Assembly: GCA_965261085.1 (NCBI GenBank)
Contig: OZ253442.1
Span: 1,856,001 to 1,920,000, forward strand
Length of the DNA stretch: 64,000 nt
From: a bacterium
GTDB lineage: Bacteria; UBA8248
Direction: 5' to 3'
Position numbers and translations under genes: made by a program. The notes beneath the pieces are model-generated. The model had not been told where the DNA came from and searched no databases. It was given only the letters and a program-made list of their open reading frames with translations. The first letter of the stretch is position 1, and each line of letters starts with the position of its first letter. Shown here one piece after another: positions 39,653 through 49,943 of this stretch.

Positions 39653-41346
39653 TTATTCCGTCTTTCTCAGGAAACCGAAATCACAGCCTTGGGGCGCCTG
39701 GAGCACGTTTTCGATGAAGAGCCTGCCGTAGCCCCTCTCATAATGGGGCGACCCCGGCTCCCAGGCGGCGCGGCGGCGTTCGAGTTCTTCTTCCGGGACG
39801 TTCAGATCGATCCTTCGGTTCGGGACGTCCAGGGTGATCATGTCCCCGTCGCGAACCAGGGCGAGGGGGCCTCCAGCGGCCGCCTCGGGCGCAGCGTGGA
39901 GCACAATGGTCCCCGACGCCGTTCCGCTCATGCGCGCGTCCGAGACGCGCACCACGTCGCGCACGCCCGCTTCGAGCAGCTTCTTGGGGAGGGGCAGGGA
40001 GCCTGCCTCCGGGAAGCCGGGCGCGCCGATGGGGCCGGTGTTCTGGAGCACGAAAACGCTCTCCGCCGTCGCGGGAAGGTCGGGGTCGTCGATTCGCTCG
40101 ATCATGTCCTGCTGGGATGAGAAGACCACGGCGGGGCCTGTATGCGTCAGTAAATCGGAACTGGCAGCGAAATCTTGATGACCGCTCCGTCGGGCGCGAG
40201 CGAGCCCTTGACGATGACGAGGCCGCCTTCTTCCGAAATAGGCTTCTCCCGCGTGTAGATGACGTCCTGCCACGGCTGCGCCCCTTGGACTTGTCTGAGG
40301 TTTTCCGTCACGGTCTCGCCCGTCACCGTCAGACAGTCCCCGTGGAGCAGGGGTTCGAGTTCTTTCATCACCACGGGAATGCCGCCCGCCGCCGCGAGAT
40401 CCTCCATGAGGTGCTTTTTGCCCGATGGGCGGATGTTGCCGAGCATGGGCGTTGTGCGCGATATTTCATCGAACAAAGAGAGAGGGAGGTCGATCCCCAG
40501 GCGTCCGGCGATAGCCGGCAGGTGAACGACGGCGTTCGTCGAGCCGCCCACGGCCATGAGCACGCGGATGGCGTTCTCGAACGCCTCGCGCGTGATGATC
40601 TTATCAGGCGTGATGTCCTTCTCGATCAGGTCGACGATGCGCCGCCCGCTTTGCTCCGCCAGACGAATGCGTTGCGAGTTCACCGCCGGAACCGCCGCAA
40701 GGCCGGGGAGCATCATGCCCATCGCCTCGGTGAGGGACGCCATCGTGCTCGCCGTGCCCATCACCATACAGGTTCCCGCTGAGGGGAAGAGCGAACCCTG
40801 GACTTCTTCGAGCCGTTCATCGTCGAAATTGCCCGCCCTGTATTCGGCCCACGTTCCTCGGCAATCCGAACAAGCGCCCAGCACCTTGTCCTCGAAGCGT
40901 CCGCCGATCATCGGCCCCGCCGTCACGCAGATGGCGGGAATCTCCGCGCTGGCCGCGCCCATGAGCTGTGCGGGCAGGGTCTTGTCGCAGCCGCCGAGCA
41001 GCACCACGCCGTCCATGGGCTGTCCCTTTATCATCTCCTCGGTATCCATCGAGAGGAGGTTCCTGAAGAACATGGCCGTGGGGTTCATGTACATCTCGCC
41101 CAGAGAGATGGTGGGAAACTCCAGCGGCAGGCCGCCCGTCTGCCAGACGCCGCGCTTGACGGCCTCGGCGATCTCCCTCAGGTGGCGATGGCAGGGGTTG
41201 AGTTCGCTCCAGGTCTGGGCGATGCCGACGATGGGTTTTTCCAGATCCTCTTTCGTCAGGCCGAACCCCCGCGCGTAAGCGCCTCTCGCGAAAGCGCTGA
41301 AACCCGGATCGCCATAGCTCGTCAGTCCTCTCAGGTGGCCCCGCAT
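39653..41346 (-). pseudogene. IlvD/Edd-family dehydratase split by a -1 frameshift near 40168
   Basis: ELNPCH, GCDKT.PA, GTC.VMGTASTM, GGSTN; the frame switches at GAVIKIS|AASSDLL.HTGPAVVF; C-terminal SDARMSGTASG...H.APE. Confidence 0.85.
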
Positions 41347-41512
41347 CTTGGAATCTTCTCCCCTGGATGTAAATTTTGTGGAATCCACCCACATCATTCC
41401 TCATGGGTGGGGAATGGGCAAGCGCGCTCAGGGTCATCTTTTGCGGCGGCTTTCCCTCATGCGCGAAACAGGGTAAATTTAATGATGGCTCAGGACTCGC
41501 GCGACAGGAGGG

Positions 41513-42103
41513 ATGAGCATGAAGAAGAGACTCTTTGCTTCGTTGCCGCCGCTGAAACGCTCCATACGTTCGATTCTCGTTTTGTTCACGCTTTGCGCCC
41601 TGGCCTCGGGCGCGGGATGCCTGTGGGGAGGGAAACCCGCCGAAGTCCCGCGCAGCGGCAAGGGCGAGATCGTCGTGACGAGCAAGCCCGAGGGCGCCGT
41701 CGTCATCTTTAATGGGAATCCGCGCGGGGAGGCATATTCCCTGAGACCCGTCGAGATCAAGGGCGTGGACTACGGGCGTCATTTGATACGGGCGGAGTTT
41801 CCGGGCTACGTCGGCCAGGTTTTGGAGGTCGACGTGCGCGCGAAGAAGATGCCCATCGAGATACGACTGAAGAAAGACGGAGCCGGGCGTCTGGTCGTCC
41901 GCTCGAACCCGCCGGGTGCGGAAGTCTTCATCGGGAGCCAGTATTACGGCAAAACCGATCCGGCGCTCGAAGTGACGAATCTCGCCCCGGGCGAATATTC
42001 GATGTGGCTGCGGCTGCCGGGGCATGGGATGGAGCGCCGCAAGGTCATCGTCGAGCGCAGGCGGGAGCGCCGCTACATGGTCGTCCTGGACAAAGCGCCC
42101 TGA
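41513..42103 (+). CDS. PEGA-domain lipoprotein
   Basis: Lipobox-like SGAGC; two repeats of [TR]S.P.GA.V...G...G. Confidence 0.8.
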   Translation: MSMKKRLFASLPPLKRSIRSILVLFTLCALASGAGCLWGGKPAEVPRSGKGEIVVTSKPEGAVVIFNGNPRGEAYSLRPVEIKGVDYGRHLIRAEFPGYVGQVLEVDVRAKKMPIEIRLKKDGAGRLVVRSNPPGAEVFIGSQYYGKTDPALEVTNLAPGEYSMWLRLPGHGMERRKVIVERRRERRYMVVLDKAP

Positions 42104-42371
42104 ATTCATCGAATCGGTGATCAGCCGGCCCTGATAGATCGGACGCACCTCGGTTTTGGGCGGCTCTTACACTCGCGCGATTCATTCAAGGAAAGTCACT
42201 CCATTTTCGGGAGGATTCAGGTTGAATTTCGCCATCTTTCGGGCTGCCCGAGGGGAGGGCTTGATTCATGATGGCGATGGCTTTATCTTGATGGACGTGA
42301 TCCGATGAAATTTTAGGACTTCTTCCGATGTGCGCGCCCCGTAGGTGTGGGAGGCGCCGAGGAGACGAGAG

Positions 42372-43478
42372 ATGTCCACCGAATACATATGGGCGCTTTG
42401 CTCCCACCGGGCGGGAGACGGGACGCAGGTGAACCAGAAAACGCCCGATCGTCCCGCCACCCTGGATTATCTCGCCGAGGTGACGACGGCGGCCGAAGAG
42501 GCGGGTTTCGCCAACATCCTCGTGCCGTGCGGCACGCACTGCATCGACGCCTGGACGGCCGCGGGCGCGATTTCGAGCCGGACCAAAAAAATCAGGTTCC
42601 TGGTGGCTTTGCGGCCCGGAATCACCGGCCCGGTCTACGCGGCGCAGCAGGCGAACAGCCTCGATTACCTGACCGGTGGGCGCTGCACGCTGAACGTGGT
42701 GACGGGCAGCACGCCCGTGGATCAGAAAAGATACGGAGATTTCATGCCGCATGACGATCGTTATGCGCGCACGGGGGAGTTTCTCGACGTGGTGCGCAAG
42801 CTCTGGAATGCGGACGGGCCGCTGGACTACAAGGGAAAATTCTTTGAAATCGAGAATGCGGGCATCTTTCCCGATCGGGTGACGAAGCCCAACCCCCCGA
42901 TTTTCCTGGCGGGAAGCTCCGAGCCGGGCAAGCGGGTGGCATGGGAGCACGGCGACGTGCACGTCATGTACGCCGCAGAACCCGAAGTCGTTGCGAAGGA
43001 CATCGAGGAGGGCAGGCGCGAGTCTCAGGCCTATGAGCGCGAGCGCCCTCTCAGTTACGGCATCCGTCATCTGGTCTGCGTGCGCGAGACGAGGGAGGAG
43101 GCGGTGCGCGCCGCCGAGGCGCTGATTGACAAGAGCGACATCTCGAACACGGGCGCGTGGGCCGACATGAAGAACAACACCGAATCCACCGGCCAGATGC
43201 GCATCAACGAGATGGGCTCCCGGGGAAATCTCTGGCTCACCGATACCATCTGGATGGGCGTGAACAAGGTGCGCGGCGGTGCGGGGACGATGTTCGTCGG
43301 CACGCCGGAGATGGTCGCGGGCGTGATTCGTGAGTATTACGACGCGGGCGTGCGGCATTTCATCATGAACGGATGGCCCCACAAGGAAGAAGCCGAAATT
43401 TTCGGCAGGGAGGTTCTGCCGCTTCTCAAGGATACCAACCCCATCGTACTGCCCGAGCCCGCCGGCGTCGCCGCGTAA
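42372..43478 (+). CDS. LLM-class flavin-dependent monooxygenase (SsuD-like)
   Basis: AE..GF...L.P.G..C.D.W, FLVALRPG, GGR..LNVVTG, HD.RYART.EFL, VGTPE.VA. Confidence 0.9.
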   Translation: MSTEYIWALCSHRAGDGTQVNQKTPDRPATLDYLAEVTTAAEEAGFANILVPCGTHCIDAWTAAGAISSRTKKIRFLVALRPGITGPVYAAQQANSLDYLTGGRCTLNVVTGSTPVDQKRYGDFMPHDDRYARTGEFLDVVRKLWNADGPLDYKGKFFEIENAGIFPDRVTKPNPPIFLAGSSEPGKRVAWEHGDVHVMYAAEPEVVAKDIEEGRRESQAYERERPLSYGIRHLVCVRETREEAVRAAEALIDKSDISNTGAWADMKNNTESTGQMRINEMGSRGNLWLTDTIWMGVNKVRGGAGTMFVGTPEMVAGVIREYYDAGVRHFIMNGWPHKEEAEIFGREVLPLLKDTNPIVLPEPAGVAA

Positions 43479-43493
43479 TCGAAAAAGCACGGA

Positions 43494-44027
43494 ATGACCC
43501 CCTTTATTCTCGTCTTCGGCGGCAGCCGCAGGCCGCAAAACAATACCGATAAAGCCCTTGCGCTCGCACTCGATGAGTTAGGGAAGGGCGATTTCGAGAT
43601 AAACCGCATCCATCTGGGCGATCTGGACCTGCCCCTGCCCGGGCAGCCGAGCGACTCGAAAGACCCCGATATGCTCAAAGAACTCGTGACGGAGGCGGCG
43701 GGAATCCTCATCGCGACGCCAGAGTATCACGGCAGCATCAGCAGCACCCTCAAGCTGGCGATAGACAACCTGGGCTATCCCTCCACGTTCGAGGGGAAGA
43801 CCATCACCATCCTGGGCGTGGCGATGGGGCCGAGCGCCGACAACGCGCTCGCGCACTTAAGGCACATTCTCACCCACATCGGTGGAGAAGTTCTCCCCGG
43901 CCAGGCCTCCATCGGAAGCGTCCATCATGTATTCGACGAGGATGGGCGCTGCGTGGACGAGGCGGCGGAAGCCGCCGTCCGGGGCGTCGCCGCGCGGTTG
44001 CTCGAATATCTCAAAAATTCATCCTGA
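43494..44027 (+). CDS. NAD(P)H-dependent FMN reductase
   Basis: GGSRR, ATPEYHGSISSTLK.AID; directly after the LLM monooxygenase. Confidence 0.9.
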   Translation: MTPFILVFGGSRRPQNNTDKALALALDELGKGDFEINRIHLGDLDLPLPGQPSDSKDPDMLKELVTEAAGILIATPEYHGSISSTLKLAIDNLGYPSTFEGKTITILGVAMGPSADNALAHLRHILTHIGGEVLPGQASIGSVHHVFDEDGRCVDEAAEAAVRGVAARLLEYLKNSS

Positions 44028-44035
44028 AACGAAAA

Positions 44036-44800
44036 ATGTCCGACTCCGGCACGAGTTTTCTGCACAGAGAAAACGGGGCTTCGCTCGCCTATTTTCGTTT
44101 GGAGGGGAAATCACCCGGCCTGATGTTCCTGGGCGGTTTTCGCTCGGACATGAGCGGGACGAAGGCGAGCGCGCTGGAAGCCCATTGCAGAAAGGTGGGG
44201 CGCGCCTACGTTCGCTTCGATTACGGCGGACATGGGGAATCTTCGGGAAAATTCGAGGAAGGAACCATCGGAGAGTGGGCGGGGGACGCCCTCGCCATAC
44301 TGGATGAAGTCGCGCAGGGCCCCCAGGTGCTCATCGGCTCGAGCATGGGCGGGTGGATGATGCTGCTCACCGCGCTGGCCCGGCCCGGTCGCGTGAAGGG
44401 CCTGGTGGGCGTGGCGTCGGCGCCTGATTTCACCGAGGATTTAATACAGGAGGCTCTCGGCGAAGCTACAAGGGAAGAACTCGATGCGCGCGGGTATTTC
44501 ATGCGCGAGTCCGAATACGAGGCGCCATACCCCATCACAAAGAAGCTGCTCGATGAGGGAGCGAACCATCTGCTCCTGCGCAATGATATCCCGCTCACAT
44601 GCCCCGTTCGCCTTATGCACGGGATGTGCGATGAGAGCGTGCCGTGGGAGACTTCCTTACGCCTGGCGCGCGCCCTCAAAAGCGACGACGTGCGCCTGAC
44701 GCTCGTCAAGGACGGCGGCCACCGGCTCTCGCGGGATGAGGACATCGAACTCATCATCCAGACCGCCGAGGAACTGGCGGGGGGGATAGGCGAGGAATAG
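44036..44800 (+). CDS. Alpha/beta hydrolase (ABHD10-like)
   Basis: FLGGFRSDMSGTKA, RFDY.GHG.S, IGSSMGGW, HG..D..VP, GGHRLSR. Confidence 0.9.
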   Translation: MSDSGTSFLHRENGASLAYFRLEGKSPGLMFLGGFRSDMSGTKASALEAHCRKVGRAYVRFDYGGHGESSGKFEEGTIGEWAGDALAILDEVAQGPQVLIGSSMGGWMMLLTALARPGRVKGLVGVASAPDFTEDLIQEALGEATREELDARGYFMRESEYEAPYPITKKLLDEGANHLLLRNDIPLTCPVRLMHGMCDESVPWETSLRLARALKSDDVRLTLVKDGGHRLSRDEDIELIIQTAEELAGGIGEE

Positions 44801-44996
44801 AAGATATCCACTCGGCCATCCTGGGTTTCCCGCATTTTCGGTCATTGAACATACCCATCTGTGCGCGCGACTTGACAGTAAGTCTTTGGAATCGTTAGTC
44901 TTAATCCGTAACTTTTCTCACCTTCTTAACCGCCCCCTGTAATTTCTCGACGTTCGTTTATTCACGTAATGAGGTTCTGATCTCAAAGAGGGCGGC

Positions 44997-45860
44997 ATGA
45001 ACAACAAGAAAAGTTTTTTGAGTCGTATGACGCGTCGCAAGAATTCCACACCAGCCGAGCCGGAAGAGGGAGCGTATGAGATTCCACCTCCCTCCGCCAT
45101 CGGTCGAATGCCCTCGGATTCATCGCGAAGGGCGGAGTCGATGGAAAGCGGCTACGGCCTCGATCTGGAGCTGCTGGCTTCCGATGAGCCTACGCGCAAG
45201 GATTCGGCGAACGGGGCGGACGCGCAAGAAAGCGGCCCTACCCCCGCCCTGGAATCATCGCTTACACCGATCTCGGATGAGTCGCCGGATGCGCCTGAAC
45301 CGCCTCGTGCGCTCGAAATGCATCAAGAATATGGCTTGGAACTGGAAGTATTGGCGGCGTCGGAATCAGACGAGTCGCCGGATGCGCCTGAACCGCTCGA
45401 TGAACATGAAGAAGCTGGCTCGGGTGTAGCGGAAATCGTCGTGGATGCGGCTGCATCCGAGGCGGAAATCGCTGAGGAGAGCGAACCGGAAACAACGGAC
45501 GAAATCGTTCTGGAGGATGAAGAACCTCTAGCTGTGCCGGAGTCGGACGAGTCACCCGATGAGGCCGAGTCGTTTCAAGAAGATGAGGTCTCCTCGTCCA
45601 TCCCGGTTGCCCCGGGCCTGCCTCTGGAGCAACCGGATGAACCCTCGAAAAGCCCTATCGCGAATATCGGGTATTTCCCTCTCGTAAGAGATGCGCGTGG
45701 AAACTGGCGGCCCGGCAAGGGATTCAGCCGAAGCGAGTTGGAAGCGGCCGGCTTGAGTCTCGCCGAGGCGGCGCGTTTGCGCATCCGAATCGACAAACGC
45801 CGCCGCAATGCGCACCGGATGAACGTCACCACCCTCGAAAAAGCGAAAAACGGCGGCTGA
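44997..45860 (+). CDS. Acidic low-complexity protein with C-terminal ribosomal protein eL13 (L13e)-like domain
   Basis: C-terminal RPGKGFSRSELEAAGLSLAEAARLRIRIDKRRRNAHRMNVTTL fits the L13e signature R.G[RK]GFS..EL..AGL....AR.LGI.VD.RR...H..NV..L. Confidence 0.75.
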   Translation: MNNKKSFLSRMTRRKNSTPAEPEEGAYEIPPPSAIGRMPSDSSRRAESMESGYGLDLELLASDEPTRKDSANGADAQESGPTPALESSLTPISDESPDAPEPPRALEMHQEYGLELEVLAASESDESPDAPEPLDEHEEAGSGVAEIVVDAAASEAEIAEESEPETTDEIVLEDEEPLAVPESDESPDEAESFQEDEVSSSIPVAPGLPLEQPDEPSKSPIANIGYFPLVRDARGNWRPGKGFSRSELEAAGLSLAEAARLRIRIDKRRRNAHRMNVTTLEKAKNGG

Positions 45861-46003
45861 AGGTAATCGACCGCTGTATAGGAAATATCCGCTCCTGATG
45901 GGCAGCGCCCTTCGCAGGCATGCGCTCCTCGGGTTCCATCAGGCCCCCGAGGTTTTCTCCGGCGGGGCCGTGGGGATGGGCGATGGATAGCACCGCGATG
46001 TGA

Positions 46004-46282
46004 CTATTTTTCTAGCGAGTCATAAAACTTATCCATGCCAGCGCAAAGTTGCTCTTTAGACGGACTTGCCGATTTCTTCAAGATGCGCTTGCACGCAGAA
46101 TCTAGTGCCGCGTCCAGCGTATTGTGATCCTGTCCCCAACCATCTAGAGACTCTCGATACATATTCGTCGCTTCATGTATCACCACCTTCGCCGTGAAGC
46201 CATTTGCAGAAACCTCCATCACACAATCGTCGGGTTTGCTCACGGTGAATTTCGTGCCTTCGTACAAGTATTCCTTGGTCAT
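46004..46282 (-). CDS. Hypothetical protein (92 aa), AT-richer, next to the tRNA 3' end
   Basis: ORF MTKEYLYEG... with AAGGACAGG RBS-like sequence upstream. Confidence 0.55.
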   Translation of the reverse strand: MTKEYLYEGTKFTVSKPDDCVMEVSANGFTAKVVIHEATNMYRESLDGWGQDHNTLDAALDSACKRILKKSASPSKEQLCAGMDKFYDSLEK

Positions 46283-46400
46283 GACAGTTACCTGTCCTTT
46301 TGTGGGCGTGGAGTGGCTTGAACATTCGTGGTACATAGTGTGGTACTTAATTAGATCAGATTTAATAAGTCGTTTATTATCAATATTTTATAATATCTCC

Positions 46401-46475
46401 TGGCTCCGGCGGTAGGATTCGAACCTACAACCCATCGGTTAACAGCCGATTGCTCTTCCGTTGAGCTACGCCGGA
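46401..46475 (-). tRNA. tRNA-Asn(GTT)
   Basis: Reverse complement TCCGGCGTAGCTCAACGGAAGAGCAATCGGCTGTTAACCGATGGGTTGTAGGTTCGAATCCTACCGCCGGAGCCA: cloverleaf, GTT anticodon, TTCGAA T-loop, encoded CCA. Confidence 0.97.
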
Positions 46476-46585
46476 TCGAGAGGCGTTCTGCTTGAGTCGG
46501 CATTGTACCGGAATTCAGCGCCGGCTCCCAAGCGTAAGGGGTTTATATGGAAGCGGGCGCGGGCTTGTCAAGGCTGCCGCGCGCG

Positions 46586-47950
46586 CTAGTCGAGCAGCAC
46601 CCTCGGCAGCCACATGGCGATGCCGGGAAAGGCCATGACCAGCCCCAGCCCGATGAGCTGCAGAATCACGAAGGGGACGATCCCGCGATATATCTGCGAG
46701 AGGCGCACCTGGGGCGGCGCCACTCCCTTCATATAGAACAGCGCGAACCCGAAAGGCGGGGTCAGGAACGATGTCTGCAGGTTGACCGCCATCAGAATCG
46801 AAAACCAGTAGATGACCTCGCTCTTGGGCAGGTGGTCGCCGAAATCCAGGCTGGCGAGGATCGGCGCGAACACCGGGAGCACGATGAGCGTGATCTCGAT
46901 CCAGTCGAAGAAGAACCCGAGGAAGAACGTCACCGCCATCAGGATCCCCAGGATTCCCCAGGGGTTGACCCCCACGGAGTAGATCACGTCCTTGATGAAG
47001 TCGTCGCCGCCGAGCGAGCGGAAGACGTAGGAGAAGGCGGTCGCCCCGACGAAAATGAAGAACAGCATCGCGTTGGTGAGCGCGGTGCGCTCGACCACGT
47101 CCTTCAGTACCGAGAAGTTCAGCTTGCGGTTGAAGATGGCGAGCAGAGTCGCTCCGGCCGCGCCGACCCCGGCCGCTTCGGTGGGCGTCGCCCAGCCTAG
47201 GATGATCGACCCCAGGACCAGGGCGATCAGGAACACCGCCGGCACTAAGCCCTTGAGCAACATCAGGATCAGTTCGTTTGGCGTCTGTGGACCCATCTCC
47301 TTGGGCAGACGCGGCGCCAGGGAGGGATTAATCGAGCACCGCGTGAAGATGTAGACGAAGTAGAGCCCGGAGAGGATCAGGCCGGGGAAGATGGCCGCGA
47401 CGAACAGGGTTCCCACCGAACGCCCGAGAAGGTCGGCCATGATGACCAGCATGATGCTGGGCGGTATCAGTATCCCGAGCGTTCCCGAGGCGGCGATGGT
47501 GCCGGTCGCGAGTTCCATGTTGTATTTGCGCTCGACCATGACCGGAAGCGCCATCAGGCTGATCATCACGACCGAAGCGCCGATGATGCCGGTCGTCGCC
47601 GCGAGGATCGTCCCCATGACCGTGACCGCGAGCGCCAGCCCGCCCGGCGTGCGGCGCAGCATCACCTGGAGGCAGTTCAGGAGATTGGCGGCGACGCCGG
47701 AGCGTTCCAGCATCGTCCCCATGAAGATGAACATCGGGATCGCCACCAGAACCAGGTTATCGGCGAAACCCCAGATTCGGAGCACGAGGTTGAAGAACTC
47801 GATTTGGGAGAAGACATCGAAATACATGCCGATAAAGCCGAAGGCGAGCCCCACGCCGCCCAGTACGAATCCGACCGGAAAGCCCGAGAACAGGAGAGTC
47901 GCCAAGGTGAGAAACATGAAGGCCGGCAGGTAGTCCTCGATGTAGAACAT
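46586..47950 (-). CDS. dctM: TRAP transporter large permease (DctM-type)
   Basis: L.AIPMFIFMG..LERSG, GTLGILIPPSI, ATPTEAA, NLQTSFLTPPFGFALFY. Confidence 0.92.
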   Translation of the reverse strand: MFYIEDYLPAFMFLTLATLLFSGFPVGFVLGGVGLAFGFIGMYFDVFSQIEFFNLVLRIWGFADNLVLVAIPMFIFMGTMLERSGVAANLLNCLQVMLRRTPGGLALAVTVMGTILAATTGIIGASVVMISLMALPVMVERKYNMELATGTIAASGTLGILIPPSIMLVIMADLLGRSVGTLFVAAIFPGLILSGLYFVYIFTRCSINPSLAPRLPKEMGPQTPNELILMLLKGLVPAVFLIALVLGSIILGWATPTEAAGVGAAGATLLAIFNRKLNFSVLKDVVERTALTNAMLFFIFVGATAFSYVFRSLGGDDFIKDVIYSVGVNPWGILGILMAVTFFLGFFFDWIEITLIVLPVFAPILASLDFGDHLPKSEVIYWFSILMAVNLQTSFLTPPFGFALFYMKGVAPPQVRLSQIYRGIVPFVILQLIGLGLVMAFPGIAMWLPRVLLD

Positions 47951-47962
47951 GCGCAGGGACTC

Positions 47963-48544
47963 CTAGCTCGGACCGATCTGGTCGAGGTGTTCAGCCTTGC
48001 GCTCTTCCTTCTGGGGGATGAGGCGGCGGAGGTCCGGTGGACCGAACAACTCGATGATCTTGCGCAGCAGGACGGTGATCCCCGACAGGAGCAGGACGAA
48101 CAGCCCGATCGGCAGGAACGCCTTAATCGCCCAGCGATAAGGAAGGCCGGTGGCCGAATCGGAGGCCTCGCTGACGGCCCAGGATCTCTCGAGGAAGTCT
48201 TCGGCGAAATAGACGACGATCAGGCAGTAGGGGATCACGAACACGATGCAGCCCACGAGCTCGACCCAATTCTTGGCGCGCGGACTCAGCCGCTCACGGA
48301 TCAGGTCGATCCGCACATGACCGTCGTTGAGATAAGTGAAGCCGATGCACATCAGAAACAGGATCGCATGCAGGTGCCACTCGCCTTCCTGCAGCTTGGT
48401 CGATCCCAGCACCAGGAAACGCCGGGTCACGACGTCGAAGATGATGACGACCATCAGCGGAATCGAGAACCAGGCGCTGACTTTACCGACGCCGATCACG
48501 ATCCGGGCCAGAAACTCTTGCAATCTAAACAGATGCTGCATCAA
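47963..48544 (-). CDS. dctQ: TRAP transporter small permease (DctQ-type)
   Basis: Four TM helices, QE.EWHL, HVRIDL. Confidence 0.9.
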   Translation of the reverse strand: MMQHLFRLQEFLARIVIGVGKVSAWFSIPLMVVIIFDVVTRRFLVLGSTKLQEGEWHLHAILFLMCIGFTYLNDGHVRIDLIRERLSPRAKNWVELVGCIVFVIPYCLIVVYFAEDFLERSWAVSEASDSATGLPYRWAIKAFLPIGLFVLLLSGITVLLRKIIELFGPPDLRRLIPQKEERKAEHLDQIGPS

Positions 48545-48570
48545 TAGGCTTCCCGGTAGCTCAATACACG

Positions 48571-48611
48571 AAAAAGGCGCCGGAACCGTGACCGTTACGG
48601 TTCCGGCGCCT
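48571..48611 (-). terminator. Hairpin plus U-run between dctP and dctQ
   Basis: AGGCGCCGGAACCGT-loop-ACGGTTCCGGCGCC followed by TTTTT on the minus strand. Confidence 0.7.
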
Positions 48612-48654
48612 GTACTGTGGTCAAGCGGGACGGCGGAGCGCCGTCACATCGGTC

Positions 48655-49716
48655 TTACTTGAGGTAGCCGAGGTCCTTCCAGACCGCGTATTCCTTACGG
48701 AAGGCGCTGTAGGATTCCCAGACCTTCTTGAAGGTCGCGTCGCGCGCGACGTCCGCGGCCGCAACTTCGGCCCATTTCTCCTCGAGCGTGTCCAGGATTG
48801 ACTGCGACCAGCGATGGATTTTCACGCCCTTCTTGCGGAGTTCGACCAAAGCCTTACCCTGAATGGCCTCGCCCTCGGCCAGCCCCTCGCGGAACGCGTC
48901 GCCGCACGACACCTCAATCTGCGCCTGCTGGGTATCGTTGAGCGCATCCCAGGCCTTCCTGTTCAGCAACAACTCGAAGACCGTCGACTGCTGGTGCCAG
49001 CCGGGGAAGTAGTAGTGCTTCGCCACCTGATAGAAGCCGAGATTCAGGTCGATTGCCGGCATCGAGTATTCAGTCGCGTCGATCGAACCGCGCTCGAGCG
49101 CCGGGAAGATGTCGCCGCCGGCGATGAGCTGGGTCGAGACGCCCACCTTCTCCATAACCTTGGCGCCCAGACCGAAGAAGCGCATCTTCAGGCCCTTGAG
49201 GTCTTCGATGGACTTTATCTCCTTGCGGAACCAGCCAGACGCTTCGGGCGCGATAACGCCGCAGGGTATCGATTTCAGACCGTGCTTCTTGTATATCGCA
49301 TCCCAGAGTTTGTAGCCGCCGCCGAAGAAGATCCAGCCCATATACTCTCCGGCGCTGGGGCCGAAGGGGACGGCCGCGAACATCGCGAGAGCCGGCTCCT
49401 TACCGTACCAGTAACCGGGCGTCGACCAGCACGCATCGACCGAACCCGCCGCAACGGCGTCGAAGCACTCCTTGGCCGGGATCAGCGCGTTGGGTTCGAA
49501 GAACTTGATTTTGATGTTGCCGCCGGAAACCCGCTCCAGACGGTCGACCATGTTTTTGCCCATCGAGCCGAGCTGGGTCATATTGCTCGGGAACCAACTC
49601 GCCATTTTCCAGCGTATGCGCTTCGCGGCGTCCGCATCGCCGACACCCGACGCCATCAGCGTGACGCTCAACGCACAGATCATAAATCCGATCGTCGTAA
49701 GTTTCCTGATCGCCAT
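48655..49716 (-). CDS. dctP: TRAP substrate-binding protein (TakP/FcbT1-like)
   Basis: Signal peptide, WKMAS.FP, VPFG, GWFRKEI.S..DLKGLKMR, YYFPGWHQ. Confidence 0.9.
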   Translation of the reverse strand: MAIRKLTTIGFMICALSVTLMASGVGDADAAKRIRWKMASWFPSNMTQLGSMGKNMVDRLERVSGGNIKIKFFEPNALIPAKECFDAVAAGSVDACWSTPGYWYGKEPALAMFAAVPFGPSAGEYMGWIFFGGGYKLWDAIYKKHGLKSIPCGVIAPEASGWFRKEIKSIEDLKGLKMRFFGLGAKVMEKVGVSTQLIAGGDIFPALERGSIDATEYSMPAIDLNLGFYQVAKHYYFPGWHQQSTVFELLLNRKAWDALNDTQQAQIEVSCGDAFREGLAEGEAIQGKALVELRKKGVKIHRWSQSILDTLEEKWAEVAAADVARDATFKKVWESYSAFRKEYAVWKDLGYLK

Positions 49717-49943
49717 CTACAGTTCCCTCCCTTCGAGTTAGACGCGTTTCAAAAAGGGGCGACTCGTCTCACCACTGAGACGAGGCCCCTACTACCTCCC
49801 ACGCCATATAATCCGCCAATGATGTATTTTATGTGTCAAAAAACATTCTATATATCAATCGGCCGCTGTCAAGCAGGCCGAAATCGAGTATCAGTCATTG
49901 CCGGAGACGCGGGCGCGAGGGCTTCTCAAGGCTCCCGGCGGCG

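Noticed and set aside
46401-46475. Prophage or ICE integrated at tRNA-Asn
   Set aside because: No integrase, phage or conjugation genes and no att duplication in the window.
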